DNA of 64,000 bases, from positions 1 through 64,000 of IMG/VR virus record IMGVR_UViG_3300032265_003945, one strand, 5' to 3'. The notes beneath the pieces are model-generated. The model worked only from the letters and a program-made list of their open reading frames with translations. It had not been told where the DNA came from and did not search any database. Made by a program: the position numbers and the translations under genes. This DNA comes from a virus. Each line of letters begins with the position of its first letter. Within the stretch, counting starts at the first letter, position 1. Positions 1 to 11,600 of this stretch are shown piece after piece.

Positions 1-130
1 GATATTTCTTGCTAACTGCCTTATCTACTCCGCAAAAAGTATAAGGATATTTTTCATAGGCAGCTTTTCTAATAAAATTAGAAAAAAGAAACCCTAGGCT
101 TCCTGTAAATAATATTTTATGTTTTTCCAT
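1..130 (-). CDS. NAD-dependent epimerase/dehydratase (dTDP-glucose 4,6-dehydratase-like), N-terminal part, truncated by window edge
   Basis: Not in ORF track. Manual translation from ATG at 130 gives MEKHKILFTGSLGFLFSNFIRKAAYEKYPYTFCGVDK, matching the Rossmann ILxTGxxGFxxSNF start. The ATG overlaps the TAA of the upstream GT2 gene. Confidence 0.75.
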   Translation of the reverse strand, partial: MEKHKILFTGSLGFLFSNFIRKAAYEKYPYTFCGVDKAVSKKY

Positions 131-933
131 TACAATAACTTATGTTTGGGGTCTAGGTAGTGATCTTGATCTATAGTAATTATATCTTTCCACTTATCAA
201 GGAAATTTTTAATATTTTGTTGCAGGAACATTTTTTGCACCGGATTCTTCTTTAATGTGGCACTTTCCTCATGGTAGATGCTGGTATTTCCACAATAAAT
301 TACTTTTTTCTTTTGAAGATATTTAACATCTAAGCAAAAATCAATATCTTCGAAGCACCAAAAATAAGACTCATCTAGCATTTTACTTTTAGAAGAGGCG
401 CTCTTTAAATATTTGTATTTGGTCAGCAAACAAGCTCCGGTAACTGCCTGAAACTCACGGTCTAGAGAATCATATTTATTGCACTCTTCTCTGGCTCGAA
501 AATGAATTGGAGTTTTAGTTTGCTTGTGAAATACTACTCCTGCATGTTGAATCTTATTAGTTCCAGTATATAATAACTTGGCGCCAACAACGCCAACCGA
601 ATTGTCGAATGAGCGGATCATACTATTAATGGAAGTAGTATCATTAAAAATGATATCGTTATTTAATAATAGTACAAAATCATTCTCTTCCGGCGTAGCA
701 TGATTAATAGTATAATTGACTCCGGCAGAAAAACTTTGTAAGTTATTTTTATAATTTATTACTTCAATCTGCGGGTGCCATTGCGAAGCTACTGAATAAG
801 TGTTGTCGGTAGATCCGTTATCTTTAATGGTCCATTTCCAATCAACATTGGAAAGGCAGGGAAGTAAAGAATCTTTTAACTTAGATAGTTTGTCTAAGCC
901 ATTCCAAGAGAGGGTAATGATATGTAGCATCAA
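130..933 (-). CDS. Glycosyltransferase family 2
   Basis: DNGSTD, LLLNND, IQHAG, AVTGACLL and EDIDFC are typical GT2 motifs. Confidence 0.9.
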   Translation of the reverse strand: MMLHIITLSWNGLDKLSKLKDSLLPCLSNVDWKWTIKDNGSTDNTYSVASQWHPQIEVINYKNNLQSFSAGVNYTINHATPEENDFVLLLNNDIIFNDTTSINSMIRSFDNSVGVVGAKLLYTGTNKIQHAGVVFHKQTKTPIHFRAREECNKYDSLDREFQAVTGACLLTKYKYLKSASSKSKMLDESYFWCFEDIDFCLDVKYLQKKKVIYCGNTSIYHEESATLKKNPVQKMFLQQNIKNFLDKWKDIITIDQDHYLDPKHKLL

Positions 934-1965
934 TTATAAACCTACCTTAACGCTGGCGGTAATGGAAAGGTCCTTATCGGTTGACATGTTAACGGAAGCT
1001 CCGAGATAAGTGCTTTGAATAAAGGGGATATGCTTGCCAATATTATAAGAAACCGGAGTGAGAGAAAAATAAATCTTCTTATCTGGAATGGTTGCCATAG
1101 CTCCAACTTGAAGAATAGCAAAATCTGGAGTTCCACGATATCTTCCATAATTCATTAAGGACATAGAGAGGGAGGGTCCGAATTGAGGACTTAACTTGTC
1201 GTTAGCCCCGCCTTCGACCCCAAGATAGAGTCGAGGATCAAATACCCTGAACTTAGCTTCAGGAAATACTTGAGCAGTTTCTGCTTGCGAGATAGGGATG
1301 TCATAATCTTTTCCATCTACTTTAATTTGCATTTTATTATAGTTAGTGACTCTATTATCTTCATCTGTAGCAGTTACCGTAGAGAGTTTGTATTCACGAG
1401 GGAGTACGTCTAGGCTCCATGGCTTATCCTTGGCGGCAGTAAATCCAGCTTGTCCAAATGGCACTTGAAGATTTCCTTTAAATAATTCATTAATTTTAAG
1501 CCACTGGGTGGTAGTAAAATAATTATTTCTATCTTTTAAGCACTCTATTGTTTTATCCCCACAGGGCACAGTAACTACTGTTGGCTCCACGGGGTCTTCC
1601 ACTCCATTATGTGGGGTGATTTCAGTATGACCGCTTGAGGGAAGATTGTTCCAATCATAGCCTATTGAAGAAACAAGAACCGTATTAATCGAATCTACTT
1701 TAGCATGAAGACTCTGTAAGTCTTTGTTAATTTTAGCAAGATCCATTCCATTAGCTTTAATCATAGAATCAATATCTTTAGATGTAGCATATTGGGACAT
1801 GGAACGAGTAATTGCGTCTCCTAGATCTTTTTGCTTTACCATAGAAGATTCAATTTCTTTCTGCATATTAGAGATTTGAAATTGCTTATAGATCATGAAA
1901 GAAATACCGCAAACCAAACAAATTACAGAAAGATAGATAATAATTCTTTTTTCAAAATCTGACAT
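934..1965 (-). CDS. Membrane-anchored protein (N-terminal TM helix, coiled coil, beta-rich C-terminus); possibly spanin-like
   Basis: Hydrophobic IIIYLSVICLVCGISFMIY, then a heptad-rich segment, then alternating beta strands ending SVKVGL. Confidence 0.45.
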   Translation of the reverse strand: MSDFEKRIIIYLSVICLVCGISFMIYKQFQISNMQKEIESSMVKQKDLGDAITRSMSQYATSKDIDSMIKANGMDLAKINKDLQSLHAKVDSINTVLVSSIGYDWNNLPSSGHTEITPHNGVEDPVEPTVVTVPCGDKTIECLKDRNNYFTTTQWLKINELFKGNLQVPFGQAGFTAAKDKPWSLDVLPREYKLSTVTATDEDNRVTNYNKMQIKVDGKDYDIPISQAETAQVFPEAKFRVFDPRLYLGVEGGANDKLSPQFGPSLSMSLMNYGRYRGTPDFAILQVGAMATIPDKKIYFSLTPVSYNIGKHIPFIQSTYLGASVNMSTDKDLSITASVKVGL

Positions 1966-1966
1966 A

Positions 1967-2800
1967 TTAAGCTCTTTGCATTTCCGGGCACCAGTGAATA
2001 GTTCGGGTACCCATTTTTTCTCTTATAATATTATATCCGAGCGGGTCCTTTTTTTGACTATAAACCTGAAAATTAAAAGAATATTTACCGGCATTACCAT
2101 CAACATTCTGATAAGTGGAGAAGCTGGCTCCCTGGGCTTGATATGACTCATTCATAACATTATAAATATGATCACATAAAGAAATTAATTCTAAATTAGT
2201 TAATTCTTTTCCTTTTTTCCAGGGACTAATCCTAGAGCGATATAAAGCCTCAGCACGAATATAGTTGCCCACTCCACAGAAAATAGATTGGTCCATTAAT
2301 ATCTGACCAATAGGAGTGGATTTATTTATTTTATTTTTTAACCACTCTATTTTTGAAGAAATATCTTCTGACAAAGGATCCCAGCCAAGAGAATCGAGCT
2401 TATCAAGTAACTCTTGTTTTGAGTTAACAAATTTAATTGTACCAAAATGTCGAGGGTCATTAAAATACAAAAATTTAAAATCGGAAATTGCTTGATCTAT
2501 TGATTCGAACTTATCAACATATTGAAGAGTAAAACAAGTATGCTTGTCTTCTTTATTTTCCCATTGACCAGTCATTCCGTAGGTGCAAAACATATATTGA
2601 CCATTGCTCAAGGACCAATACATGAATTTTCCTTTAACATTAATATCAAGAACGGAGCATTGCATAGTTGAGTTATAATTTTCGGGAATTTTCTTGCTAT
2701 ATCTTCCATTTTTAGAAAAAAATGAATTAATGATAGTTTTCCCGCAAATAATTTTTCTTAAATGGTCACAACTTGTTTTTAGCTCTGGTGATTCCGGCAT
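1967..2800 (-). CDS. mutM: Fpg/Nei-family DNA glycosylase/AP lyase without the Cys4 zinc finger
   Basis: N-terminal MPESPE catalytic motif, KGK, GMTG, NDPRHFG and H2TH motif DQSIFCGVGNYIRAE. Confidence 0.9.
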   Translation of the reverse strand: MPESPELKTSCDHLRKIICGKTIINSFFSKNGRYSKKIPENYNSTMQCSVLDINVKGKFMYWSLSNGQYMFCTYGMTGQWENKEDKHTCFTLQYVDKFESIDQAISDFKFLYFNDPRHFGTIKFVNSKQELLDKLDSLGWDPLSEDISSKIEWLKNKINKSTPIGQILMDQSIFCGVGNYIRAEALYRSRISPWKKGKELTNLELISLCDHIYNVMNESYQAQGASFSTYQNVDGNAGKYSFNFQVYSQKKDPLGYNIIREKMGTRTIHWCPEMQRA

Positions 2801-2850
2801 AGTTCCTCCAATTACGCCTCTATCATAGTCATGCTTGGTGGAGGTGCAAA

Positions 2851-3534
2851 TTATTTTTTAATTAAATGACTCCACTTACTGATAAATATTTCTCTTGCCT
2901 TTTTATAAAGCAAATGAGTATTTAATTGTTGGCTGGAGACTCTTCCAAAATGCACAACAGGGATTTCAACTACATTCATTTTTACATCGAGCTTTCTGGC
3001 AAGAAAGCTGGTATGAGTGTCTTCAAAATAACAAAAAAACTCTTCAGAAAATGGACCGCTGTAATTATTGATTATTAATTTATCCCAGATTTCTTTAGAG
3101 GACGCCAAGCACCACCCGGACATATAAGAATAAGGGCTATCAAGATAAGTATTGGACTCTTTAACAAAATTAAGTTGATTATCCAACAATCCCATGGTTG
3201 GTCCAACTAAGCCTTCAGAGCATTTATCGATAATTGGCTGGGTCCAGTTTTCAAAATTAGATCTAACCCTGATGTCGTTGTTTAGAAATAATACATTGGA
3301 AGCGGAGGATAGCGAATAGCCTTTATTGCTTCCCCAGGCAAAACCTTTATTCTCTTCGCTTCTAAAATAAGTAATTTCTTTTGAATTCTCTAATTGATGT
3401 TTAGTTTCATCTGAACTACCATTATCTACAATAATAATTTCATGATCATTTGATAATTTTGATAAGTCAGATAAACAACTTTTAGTAAAGTTCCATTTAT
3501 TATAAACGCAAATTGCAATACTTAATTTTTTCAT
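2851..3534 (-). CDS. Glycosyltransferase family 2
   Basis: IIIVDNGSSD, VLFLNND, GWCL and FED motifs. Start reassigned to ATG at 3534 (MKKLSIAI), forming an ATGA overlap with the GT4 stop. Confidence 0.9.
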   Translation of the reverse strand: MKKLSIAICVYNKWNFTKSCLSDLSKLSNDHEIIIVDNGSSDETKHQLENSKEITYFRSEENKGFAWGSNKGYSLSSASNVLFLNNDIRVRSNFENWTQPIIDKCSEGLVGPTMGLLDNQLNFVKESNTYLDSPYSYMSGWCLASSKEIWDKLIINNYSGPFSEEFFCYFEDTHTSFLARKLDVKMNVVEIPVVHFGRVSSQQLNTHLLYKKAREIFISKWSHLIKK

Positions 3535-4619
3535 TTTACTAAACCTAGAATTTGATCGCCTATTTTGTCCCAAGAATACTTTTCCAATATAGAGGGGGCT
3601 AGTAATTGAGCTTTTTCCTTTAGAGAGTCTTTATTCGCATAAGCATGTTTCAATTTTTCTACACCAGAGTCAATGTTAGGCATGAAAGCTTTGCTTCCTG
3701 GTTGGTAGGACCAATAGACCATGTCTGGCTTAACAAAAAACTCTTTTCCCTCAATTAATAAAGAATTTTCTTCATTTAAAAAATCTAAAAACCCTCCATA
3801 ATTTGGGGCGATATTGAATAACCCGGCTGCCTGAGCCTCTAGCCCCGTCATCCCAAATGCCTCGGTATACGAAGCGGAAAAAGCAGCATCGCAAGATTTG
3901 TAAAGAGAATAAATATTGGGAACGAACTGCCTAATTATTTCTATTTCTGCATGATTTTTGTATTTCTGTTTAAAATCATTAAATATTTCTTGGAAATTTA
4001 CCTCAAAAAGTTGAGTTGGCTTTTTCTCATGAACTTTAATTACTAAACAAACATCATCTGCCTTAGTAAAAGCCCTCCCAAACATCTCTAATAATCCAAA
4101 AAGATTTTTTCTTTTATGAACTTGAGCAACGTTAACGAATAGCTTAAAATTCTTTTTTGTTTTTAATGGGTATGGGTGGGCTGAGAGAATTTCCTCTGCA
4201 TTAACTCCGTGCGGAACTACAGTTAGATGGTTTTCTGGGATTCCAGAATTGATAAAGACTTGTTTTGCAAATTGGGAGGGTGGAAGTATCTGGTCGCACT
4301 CTTTATAGTTTTTAGCAAATCCCGAAGGTAAGCTATTTTTACCATCAAATTCATAAGTCCAAATTCCGAATCTGTTCTTATTTCCATTTTTTAAATAATT
4401 AGGAAAATTTCTAAAAGCAGTATAACTAAGCTGCATTGGATATTCTGCTTCAGGAATAGACTTTAAATATGGCTTTAGGTCTGGCGGTAGATACTGAACT
4501 CCGTCTGTACTAAATAGATCAACTTCGTGCCCGCTCTTAATAAAGGCACGAGCGAGATTTTGACCGACTATTGCCCAACTATAATTAGCGCCCAGAAATT
4601 GCTGTATTTTTATCTTCAC
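3531..4619 (-). CDS. Glycosyltransferase family 4 (GT-B)
   Basis: VVPHGV, KRKN and EAFGMTGLEAQAAG (EX7E motif). Confidence 0.9.
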   Translation of the reverse strand: MKIKIQQFLGANYSWAIVGQNLARAFIKSGHEVDLFSTDGVQYLPPDLKPYLKSIPEAEYPMQLSYTAFRNFPNYLKNGNKNRFGIWTYEFDGKNSLPSGFAKNYKECDQILPPSQFAKQVFINSGIPENHLTVVPHGVNAEEILSAHPYPLKTKKNFKLFVNVAQVHKRKNLFGLLEMFGRAFTKADDVCLVIKVHEKKPTQLFEVNFQEIFNDFKQKYKNHAEIEIIRQFVPNIYSLYKSCDAAFSASYTEAFGMTGLEAQAAGLFNIAPNYGGFLDFLNEENSLLIEGKEFFVKPDMVYWSYQPGSKAFMPNIDSGVEKLKHAYANKDSLKEKAQLLAPSILEKYSWDKIGDQILGLVK

Positions 4620-4664
4620 TTAATTAGCCCTTTGGAGGCTAATATAACATTGGTAAAAAAATAA

Positions 4665-7600
4665 TCAAACAGGAGGAAGAGATTGGAAATCTATTCCATT
4701 ATCAGGATTATTATAAGTGATTACTAATCGAGCCATTGTGCAAATAGCGTTTCCAGAAACAGAAGAATTAAGTCGCAATACGCAGATACTGTCTGACGGA
4801 TAATTTATTAACTGAGATTTTAGATCTTTGCTCTTAAATAACATAAATTGAGTTCCGGTATCATCTCCCAAATAAAAACTATTTCCATCTAAATAAATGT
4901 CACCTCCATCGTCTTGCATTGTAATTTGAGCAACATCTCCAGAAAAAGATTGTACGACAACTTCAAGGCGAATATCTTTAATGTCTTGTAAAATAAAAGA
5001 ATTAAAAGAAAATGGGAAAGCGGCTATAATTTGAGAGTTTGATATTGAATTTTGAACATATCCCGACACGCCATAAATATAAACTGGATTTTTATAATAA
5101 AAGGAGGGGCTAAGCAATCCATTACTGTCTGTCTTTATTAGTTTATTGGCATCGGAAACTCCGGAAGTGCTATTAATTGCGAATTGATAGCTTAATGAGG
5201 CTCCATTACTCATTAAAACAGTTCCAGATGCGCCTACAGCATCTAAGCCAGTTCCGCCATGAAGTATTGGCAAAACACCAACAACATCAGTTTCTAAGTC
5301 GACAAGGGCAGAAGCACCTCCGACAACTGGTCCGCTAAAGATACTAATTAACTTCATTAAATTAGATACCTTAGTAGAGTCAACATACAAGGGCTTATTG
5401 TTAAATCCGCCTTTTTTCAAAAAGACATTAATTTGAACCTTGGTAGTGAGAGTGGAGAGAACGGGGTCCTGGTATAAATTAGTAAAATTAAGAGTAATTA
5501 TTCCAGAAGCATAATCAATACTAACGCCTATTTTGCCGTCTACGATAATTCCTTGTATTCCATTCGGGTCAATTCCATTGGTATTGGGAGAAAATGACTG
5601 TATCGATACAGATAATCTGAGTTGATCTTTAGATAGGGCATCTGATTGAACAGTAGAGAAGTCGGCAAATCTCATTGCCGGAAAGCCTAATCTAGTTATA
5701 CCATTGCCGTTATAGTCTCTGACGAAATCATCAAAAACATTAATATCTCTTTCTGACCCAATCATTCCTGGAGGAATTTCTAAAATTATAGTTCCAACTT
5801 CAAAATCTATCTTATAAAAATCCCCATTCTCTCTAACAATTTCTCCGCCAGGTCCGATAATTAAATTATCAGGAACAAACGTATCTACTCTGCCCGGATC
5901 AAATTCGGGTCGCATATTGTAAGTTTCGACCTGAATTCCATTTAGATCTTTGCTATAGATGATGGTATCCTGACCATTATCAAAAATGGTAGGAACGAGT
6001 TTATTCTTAGAGTTACTAACTACTAGATAATCTTCCCAGGAGAATTGTTTTTGAAAAAATAAATTAGCTGGTAACGCAGAGATATTTCTCCCCTGCAATA
6101 GAGCGTCATCTACAAAGACATCTCCTAGCAAATGAATATCTGTATTTCGAGTGGCTAAAGAAGTAAAATAATCATCATTTCTATCCAGGCTTGAGGCGCT
6201 AACTTGATATTTTTCAAGAGTTAATTTAATAACATTGAATGGTTTTCCTATTTTATTAAATACTGGATCTACTGGAGGGATAAATGACTCTTTATTTATA
6301 TACTTATTTAGTAGATCAGCGTCCTGAGCATTTACTAAATAATCTTCGTTAAGATCAGATCTAAACAGCTCTGGAATAGATTTAGAGTTTAATAAAATTT
6401 TTCTAATAGTTAGAATGTCTAACATACTATCGATTCCGATAATATCGAACCCGCCATTGTTTGCCGCATTGCCGCTATTAAATATTAGCAATTTGTTTCC
6501 ACCAACAGCGGGAGATAAATTAAAGAAATCTACTGATGCGCTAGAGAAATTAGCTTGTCTTGGATTAGAGGGATCGGGGACTAAGATACCGTCTGCGCCA
6601 GAAGCAATTATCTTATTATTTTCAACGTTGACGACTTGGAAAATTATATTTGTAGCATTTCCGAAAGGATACTGATAAGAAGAGTAGCCATTAACAAAAG
6701 TAACTGTATTGTTAACAATGTCCGGATTAAAAGTTGAATGTAAGGGTGGAGTCTGATTGAAATTAAATCCAAGATAAGTGTTAATTAAATTAAAATCTTC
6801 GTCATTAACAACCCCATCACCGTTAACGTCACCATAAAGCATGGAAATTATTTCTGCAGTAGCTACTCGATAATAAATACTTGGGCTACTAGAAAAATCT
6901 GGGAAAATTTTAATCTTAGTTAGATTTCCAGTTAATAATTGAGTTTGCAAGAACTTAACACTCTCATCATACTTTGGATCAGAAGGATCTTCTACTATTT
7001 TAATGAAAATTTCATTATTAATAAAAGAGAAAGTATATAATTTGGCGTTAAAATTAGCATCGCTAGATGCGTCAAAAAACTTAATATTCTTATCTGCAAT
7101 AGCTCCAATTAAAAGAGGGTCGGTAGTCTGAGATAAATTGGCGATATCTAATGAACTTAATAACTGTACATTTGGAACATTTTGCTGTCTAGAGAAAATC
7201 AGGTTGCCGGTTCTTAAATCTTGAACAGGCGTATTCTTTTCTGTTTCGGCAAAAACAACACCCCTAAAAGTATCTGCTCCACTAAAATATAAATTATCTA
7301 AACAATAATCTACCGTAGCTCCTGTATTAAGATCTTCGGTTACTTTTGGAAGAGTTACGCCATTACCCGAAACATAAGCTTGCCCGTCTGTCACCTTAGC
7401 CGCATCAGTAGCTATATTAAACCATAAATCTTCATCCACTAAGTCTACCCAAAGAGTTCCATTAAATACTGTTAATTTAGAGTTAGATAGCTCTTTATTT
7501 CCGGTAGAAATCAGTATATTGCCCTTATCAGCGGCGCCGGAGCGCTTAATGGTAAAAGCGTAATAGCTTTCAGGAACTATAGAATAACTTCCTCCTAAAG

Positions 7601-8603
7601 CAGTATTGCTAAAAATAAAATCTACAGGCTGAGGAACGGTATTTAATTGTGTTCCGGCGGCAAGCAAGGTGTCGTAGCTAAAACTAATCTGAGCCAACGG
7701 AACTGGAGAGGGAGAATAATCTATTAATGTTTGTGGGGGTATATCCGTAGGGCACTGAAGCGCAGTTTGTAGAGGATAAACGCTAACAACAATTTCCCCA
7801 TTCCATTTATAATCATCTACAACTGCATCGGGATTGGTAGCGGCTAATAATAAAGTAATTTTTTGAATATTATTGGTTTTTGCTTGGAATTTTTGACCTA
7901 TTTGAGTAGTAACATCATTAAAATTAATAATTTTATTATCTCTCTCAGCCATTCTAATATTTAAATTATCAATATTATAATAAGGCAGTCCAGCTCTTAA
8001 TAAATCTAGCGGAGATGAATATAAGGAGGAAAAGAAGTCTCTAAAAAATAAATTTGGCTGAGTTGTTTGAGCCACCATAGAGGCGCTTCTTGATAAAGAA
8101 TAAGGCTTAGCTTCTTTGATAAGAATCTTGCCACCTAAATTAAAAGATTGATTGGATTCCCCTCTAAAATCATTAATTAATATTTGTAAAACAGCAGTAT
8201 AATGCTTTTTAGTAATTTGAGATTCATTCACTCTAAAGTAAAAGGTCTCATATTGAAGATTTTGTTGAAAATCTAAACCTATAATTCCTATTTTTACCGA
8301 TCTTTTCCCGCCAGTTTTTGATTCTGAAAGAGATATTTCTAATTGATTTCCGTAATTATTATCTGAAGGTTGATTTTGAGCCTCAATTATTGTGCCATCA
8401 AGCAATCCTATTGTGGCATCTGAATTAAATAAAATTCTATCCTGCAAAGCATCTACCAATATCCCAGTCCCAAACTGATTATTAATTATAGCAGATTGAA
8501 TAGAATTGTTGTAATTTTGCTCTAAATTTAGATCTGAGGCATCTACCTGCTCTGCGTCGAACCATACATTTTGCATGGCTGAAACTGGATTGCGTTTAGT
8601 CAT
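4665..8603 (-). CDS. Large virion/baseplate-associated protein with dockerin-like Ca-binding loops
   Basis: 1312 aa at the end of the baseplate cluster. It contains YGDVNGDGVVNDEDFNLI and SDLNEDYLVNAQDADLL, plus the fibre-like motif GVLPILHGGTG. Confidence 0.65.
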   Translation of the reverse strand: MTKRNPVSAMQNVWFDAEQVDASDLNLEQNYNNSIQSAIINNQFGTGILVDALQDRILFNSDATIGLLDGTIIEAQNQPSDNNYGNQLEISLSESKTGGKRSVKIGIIGLDFQQNLQYETFYFRVNESQITKKHYTAVLQILINDFRGESNQSFNLGGKILIKEAKPYSLSRSASMVAQTTQPNLFFRDFFSSLYSSPLDLLRAGLPYYNIDNLNIRMAERDNKIINFNDVTTQIGQKFQAKTNNIQKITLLLAATNPDAVVDDYKWNGEIVVSVYPLQTALQCPTDIPPQTLIDYSPSPVPLAQISFSYDTLLAAGTQLNTVPQPVDFIFSNTALGGSYSIVPESYYAFTIKRSGAADKGNILISTGNKELSNSKLTVFNGTLWVDLVDEDLWFNIATDAAKVTDGQAYVSGNGVTLPKVTEDLNTGATVDYCLDNLYFSGADTFRGVVFAETEKNTPVQDLRTGNLIFSRQQNVPNVQLLSSLDIANLSQTTDPLLIGAIADKNIKFFDASSDANFNAKLYTFSFINNEIFIKIVEDPSDPKYDESVKFLQTQLLTGNLTKIKIFPDFSSSPSIYYRVATAEIISMLYGDVNGDGVVNDEDFNLINTYLGFNFNQTPPLHSTFNPDIVNNTVTFVNGYSSYQYPFGNATNIIFQVVNVENNKIIASGADGILVPDPSNPRQANFSSASVDFFNLSPAVGGNKLLIFNSGNAANNGGFDIIGIDSMLDILTIRKILLNSKSIPELFRSDLNEDYLVNAQDADLLNKYINKESFIPPVDPVFNKIGKPFNVIKLTLEKYQVSASSLDRNDDYFTSLATRNTDIHLLGDVFVDDALLQGRNISALPANLFFQKQFSWEDYLVVSNSKNKLVPTIFDNGQDTIIYSKDLNGIQVETYNMRPEFDPGRVDTFVPDNLIIGPGGEIVRENGDFYKIDFEVGTIILEIPPGMIGSERDINVFDDFVRDYNGNGITRLGFPAMRFADFSTVQSDALSKDQLRLSVSIQSFSPNTNGIDPNGIQGIIVDGKIGVSIDYASGIITLNFTNLYQDPVLSTLTTKVQINVFLKKGGFNNKPLYVDSTKVSNLMKLISIFSGPVVGGASALVDLETDVVGVLPILHGGTGLDAVGASGTVLMSNGASLSYQFAINSTSGVSDANKLIKTDSNGLLSPSFYYKNPVYIYGVSGYVQNSISNSQIIAAFPFSFNSFILQDIKDIRLEVVVQSFSGDVAQITMQDDGGDIYLDGNSFYLGDDTGTQFMLFKSKDLKSQLINYPSDSICVLRLNSSVSGNAICTMARLVITYNNPDNGIDFQSLPPV

Positions 8604-8612
8604 CTTTTACTC

Positions 8613-11600
8613 TCATTGATAGTACTGTAGATATGCTTTAGAATTAGCTGGCTTAAGCATGTATATTAGTTTTTCTAAAATCTGCTTAACCGTATCGCTA
8701 CTGCTAACTATACCAAAAGAATCAAAAATATTTACAGTAAAATCAAAAGCGGAGCCTTGGTTAGCTACAATAAAGGCAAAATCTTCATTTAAAGTGGCAG
8801 AACTATCGAAATTTAAGAGATATGTAGTATATAGGTCAGTTGTTACCGGGAAAGCGACTTCTAAATTGGAAGAATAGTTAGGATCTAGTGGCTCCCCATA
8901 CGGACTATAGATGGGTCTAGAAATATTAGATATTCTTAAATTATCTATTAGGCAATCCGCCTCGCTGTTCAAAGAATAATCAGCGCCTAAATAAACTTGG
9001 TTAATGGTATCTTTAAAAGAAATATTTTGGTTTCCAATAGAGATGCCCGCAGTCCCCGCTCCGAGATCGGAGAAAGCTCCAAAATTAACCTGACCATTAA
9101 TTAACAAACTAGATCTTTCGTACCCATCAACGAACATTCTTATTTCATCCGAGTTTACTTGACTATTGAATTTAAAGCTAACCTTAACTCTGTGCCAGGT
9201 ATCTCGAGACCAGTATATAGGAGAGGTTATATTATAATTTTTACCCGAAGCAGTTACATCGAAATTTAAATATCCGCCAGGATCTTTATAAATAGATAAC
9301 CTATCTCCGTTGAATCCCTTGGGAATAAATTTAACTATTACAGGAGTATTGTCTTTTGGCAATTTTTTATTTAAATAAATAGTTTGATAATTTAAGATAT
9401 TATTTGATCCATTTATAGGCTTATAGGTAACAATTAAATTTGCATTATTTAAAGGCAGAGGTTTTCCTAGATAAATTGTTTTCTTATCCAGACTAACTGC
9501 TCCATTTTCAAAATAATTAACTCTAGATAGATCTCCTACCACAACTACAGAAATTACCTGTAGGATTTGATTTTTAACACTAACAGAGCTGTTATTGTTG
9601 CTGGTGGTCACCTCTGCAATTGCGTTGTCTAGCCCTATCTCCAGCTTGCCTCCTGCAAAATAATTTATATTAGGATCTCCGTTTTTTAATGTAACGCTAA
9701 TGATATTGCTTACTGGCTCACTTAATTTAATTTCTGAATTATTTAAGCTGACCGTCTCAACCACCTTAGCTCCGTAAGCATCAAAATAATACCTATAATT
9801 TGGATCTTTGGCGGAATCATAGAGTGGGTTAACCCAAAATTCTATTGTGCCATCTTTTTTGGTATCTAGTACTCCATAATTATCTAAAATAACAGGATTG
9901 TTAACTAACGAGATAGAGTTTTGAAAATTACTATTAATGGATACGTCCGATTGAATGAAGTTACCTCCAATGTTTTTAACATAGAAAGACGCAGAATTAA
10001 CAAAAGGATAAAAATTAAAATCAATTAGAGTCAAAGTGTTAATATCAGACCTTAATGGAATTAAAGAATTATAATCTTTAGTGATAGATCTTTGATTGGA
10101 TGGAATTACTTGACCTACACGAGTATCCGATAACTGTATTGAATATATTTTTACCTGATCAAGAGCCGCATTAGACTGATGAGATTTTAAAATATCACAA
10201 CCAAGATAGATTTCTTCATTAGCGAGAGGGTCAAATTTTATAGTTGTGTAAGTACTATATTCAAATTCGTAGTAACCAACATTTAAGAAGTAAGGCTCTC
10301 CGACGAATTGAGTTTGTTCTAGTACGAAAAATCCATTTTGAAAACCAGTTCTATAATCCGTGACATTTAATACTTTATAGTACCCATCGGTAAAATCACC
10401 CAAGGGGATTGACAAATCTAGAATTAAACTCTTGTGATCTTGGCTAACGTCTGATATTCTATAGATTCCTGCCGCTGCCAATGGCTGCTGTACAATTAAG
10501 ATATTGTCCTTATCCAAAGAAGAGAAGAAGTTATTGTCATCTGTGACAATATTTTCTCCCGTTTTTCTTAATGTTTGACCGGTGCTCATTTGATAACTAT
10601 ATCGAATAAGCGGAACCAGTGAACTATCCTCGGCATAAGTAATAGGGTATTTTTCTTTTATTTCAAATGCTAAGCAATCTTTTAAGAGATTAAATGGCTT
10701 GCAAATTACTTGAATATGATTTACGGTAATAAACTTATTAGAGAAATCTAATTTTCCGTAATCGTCAAAGTAAATAGTTTCGCTAATTATGTTATAATCG
10801 TAATCATATCCACCTAGAATAATTTGAACGGGAGTAGAGAAATCTACATTATTTGTTCCTGAAATAGTTGCAGATAAAGTTCTACCTTTTTCAGAGTTTG
10901 ACGGAGGATTGTCGGTAGATAGATAATGCAGTATTCCAGAAATTACCGTAGAGTTATGAGAATTAACTACGCTATTTGAAGAGATTACTCTGGTAATTTT
11001 AACGTCATTCAAAGATACTGGCGGTGGTAGTCTGGTCGGTATTACATTTTCTATCTGATTCCCCCAAACATAGTGAAGCTGCTTAATTTTACGATGATTT
11101 AACCCAAAAGTATTTAATAATACCAAATCTTTTGCAAGAACATCATTGGTAATGGTCAAGGTAGCATTGAATAAATTATCTGAAGACAGTTGATAAGATG
11201 GGCGTAATGCCTTTACTCCAGGAATTTCTTTTTCTATATTAGAGTAAATATAAAAGGTTAGACCGCTTAATGTAACTGGCATTTTTTGGTCTAGTGTTAA
11301 TTGCTGCCCGTTTACATTTAAAATATTATAAATTAATTCAAATCCGCCATCCAATATTCTAAGCAAGTATCCGGGTTTTATTTGGGTGAAATTAGATGAA
11401 GCCGAAGTGACGACATTGTTGCTGAGTGAAGTACTTAGATCATTATTTTCATAAATCACACTAAGAGTTGAAACCGCAACGCTCGGATAAACATTGGCAT
11501 CTAATTTTAGAGTATAGCTAGCTTTATTAACGGAAAATTTTAAATTACTTAACGTGACAGGCATTGGTTGATCTAGAGTAAGATCATTACCATTAATGGC

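Noticed and set aside
1-4619. Giant eukaryotic virus origin suggested by the zincless Fpg, SET, kinase and HNH family
   Set aside because: Sheath, tube and baseplate genes, Shine-Dalgarno sites, overlapping start/stop codons and intrinsic terminators indicate a prokaryotic tailed virus.
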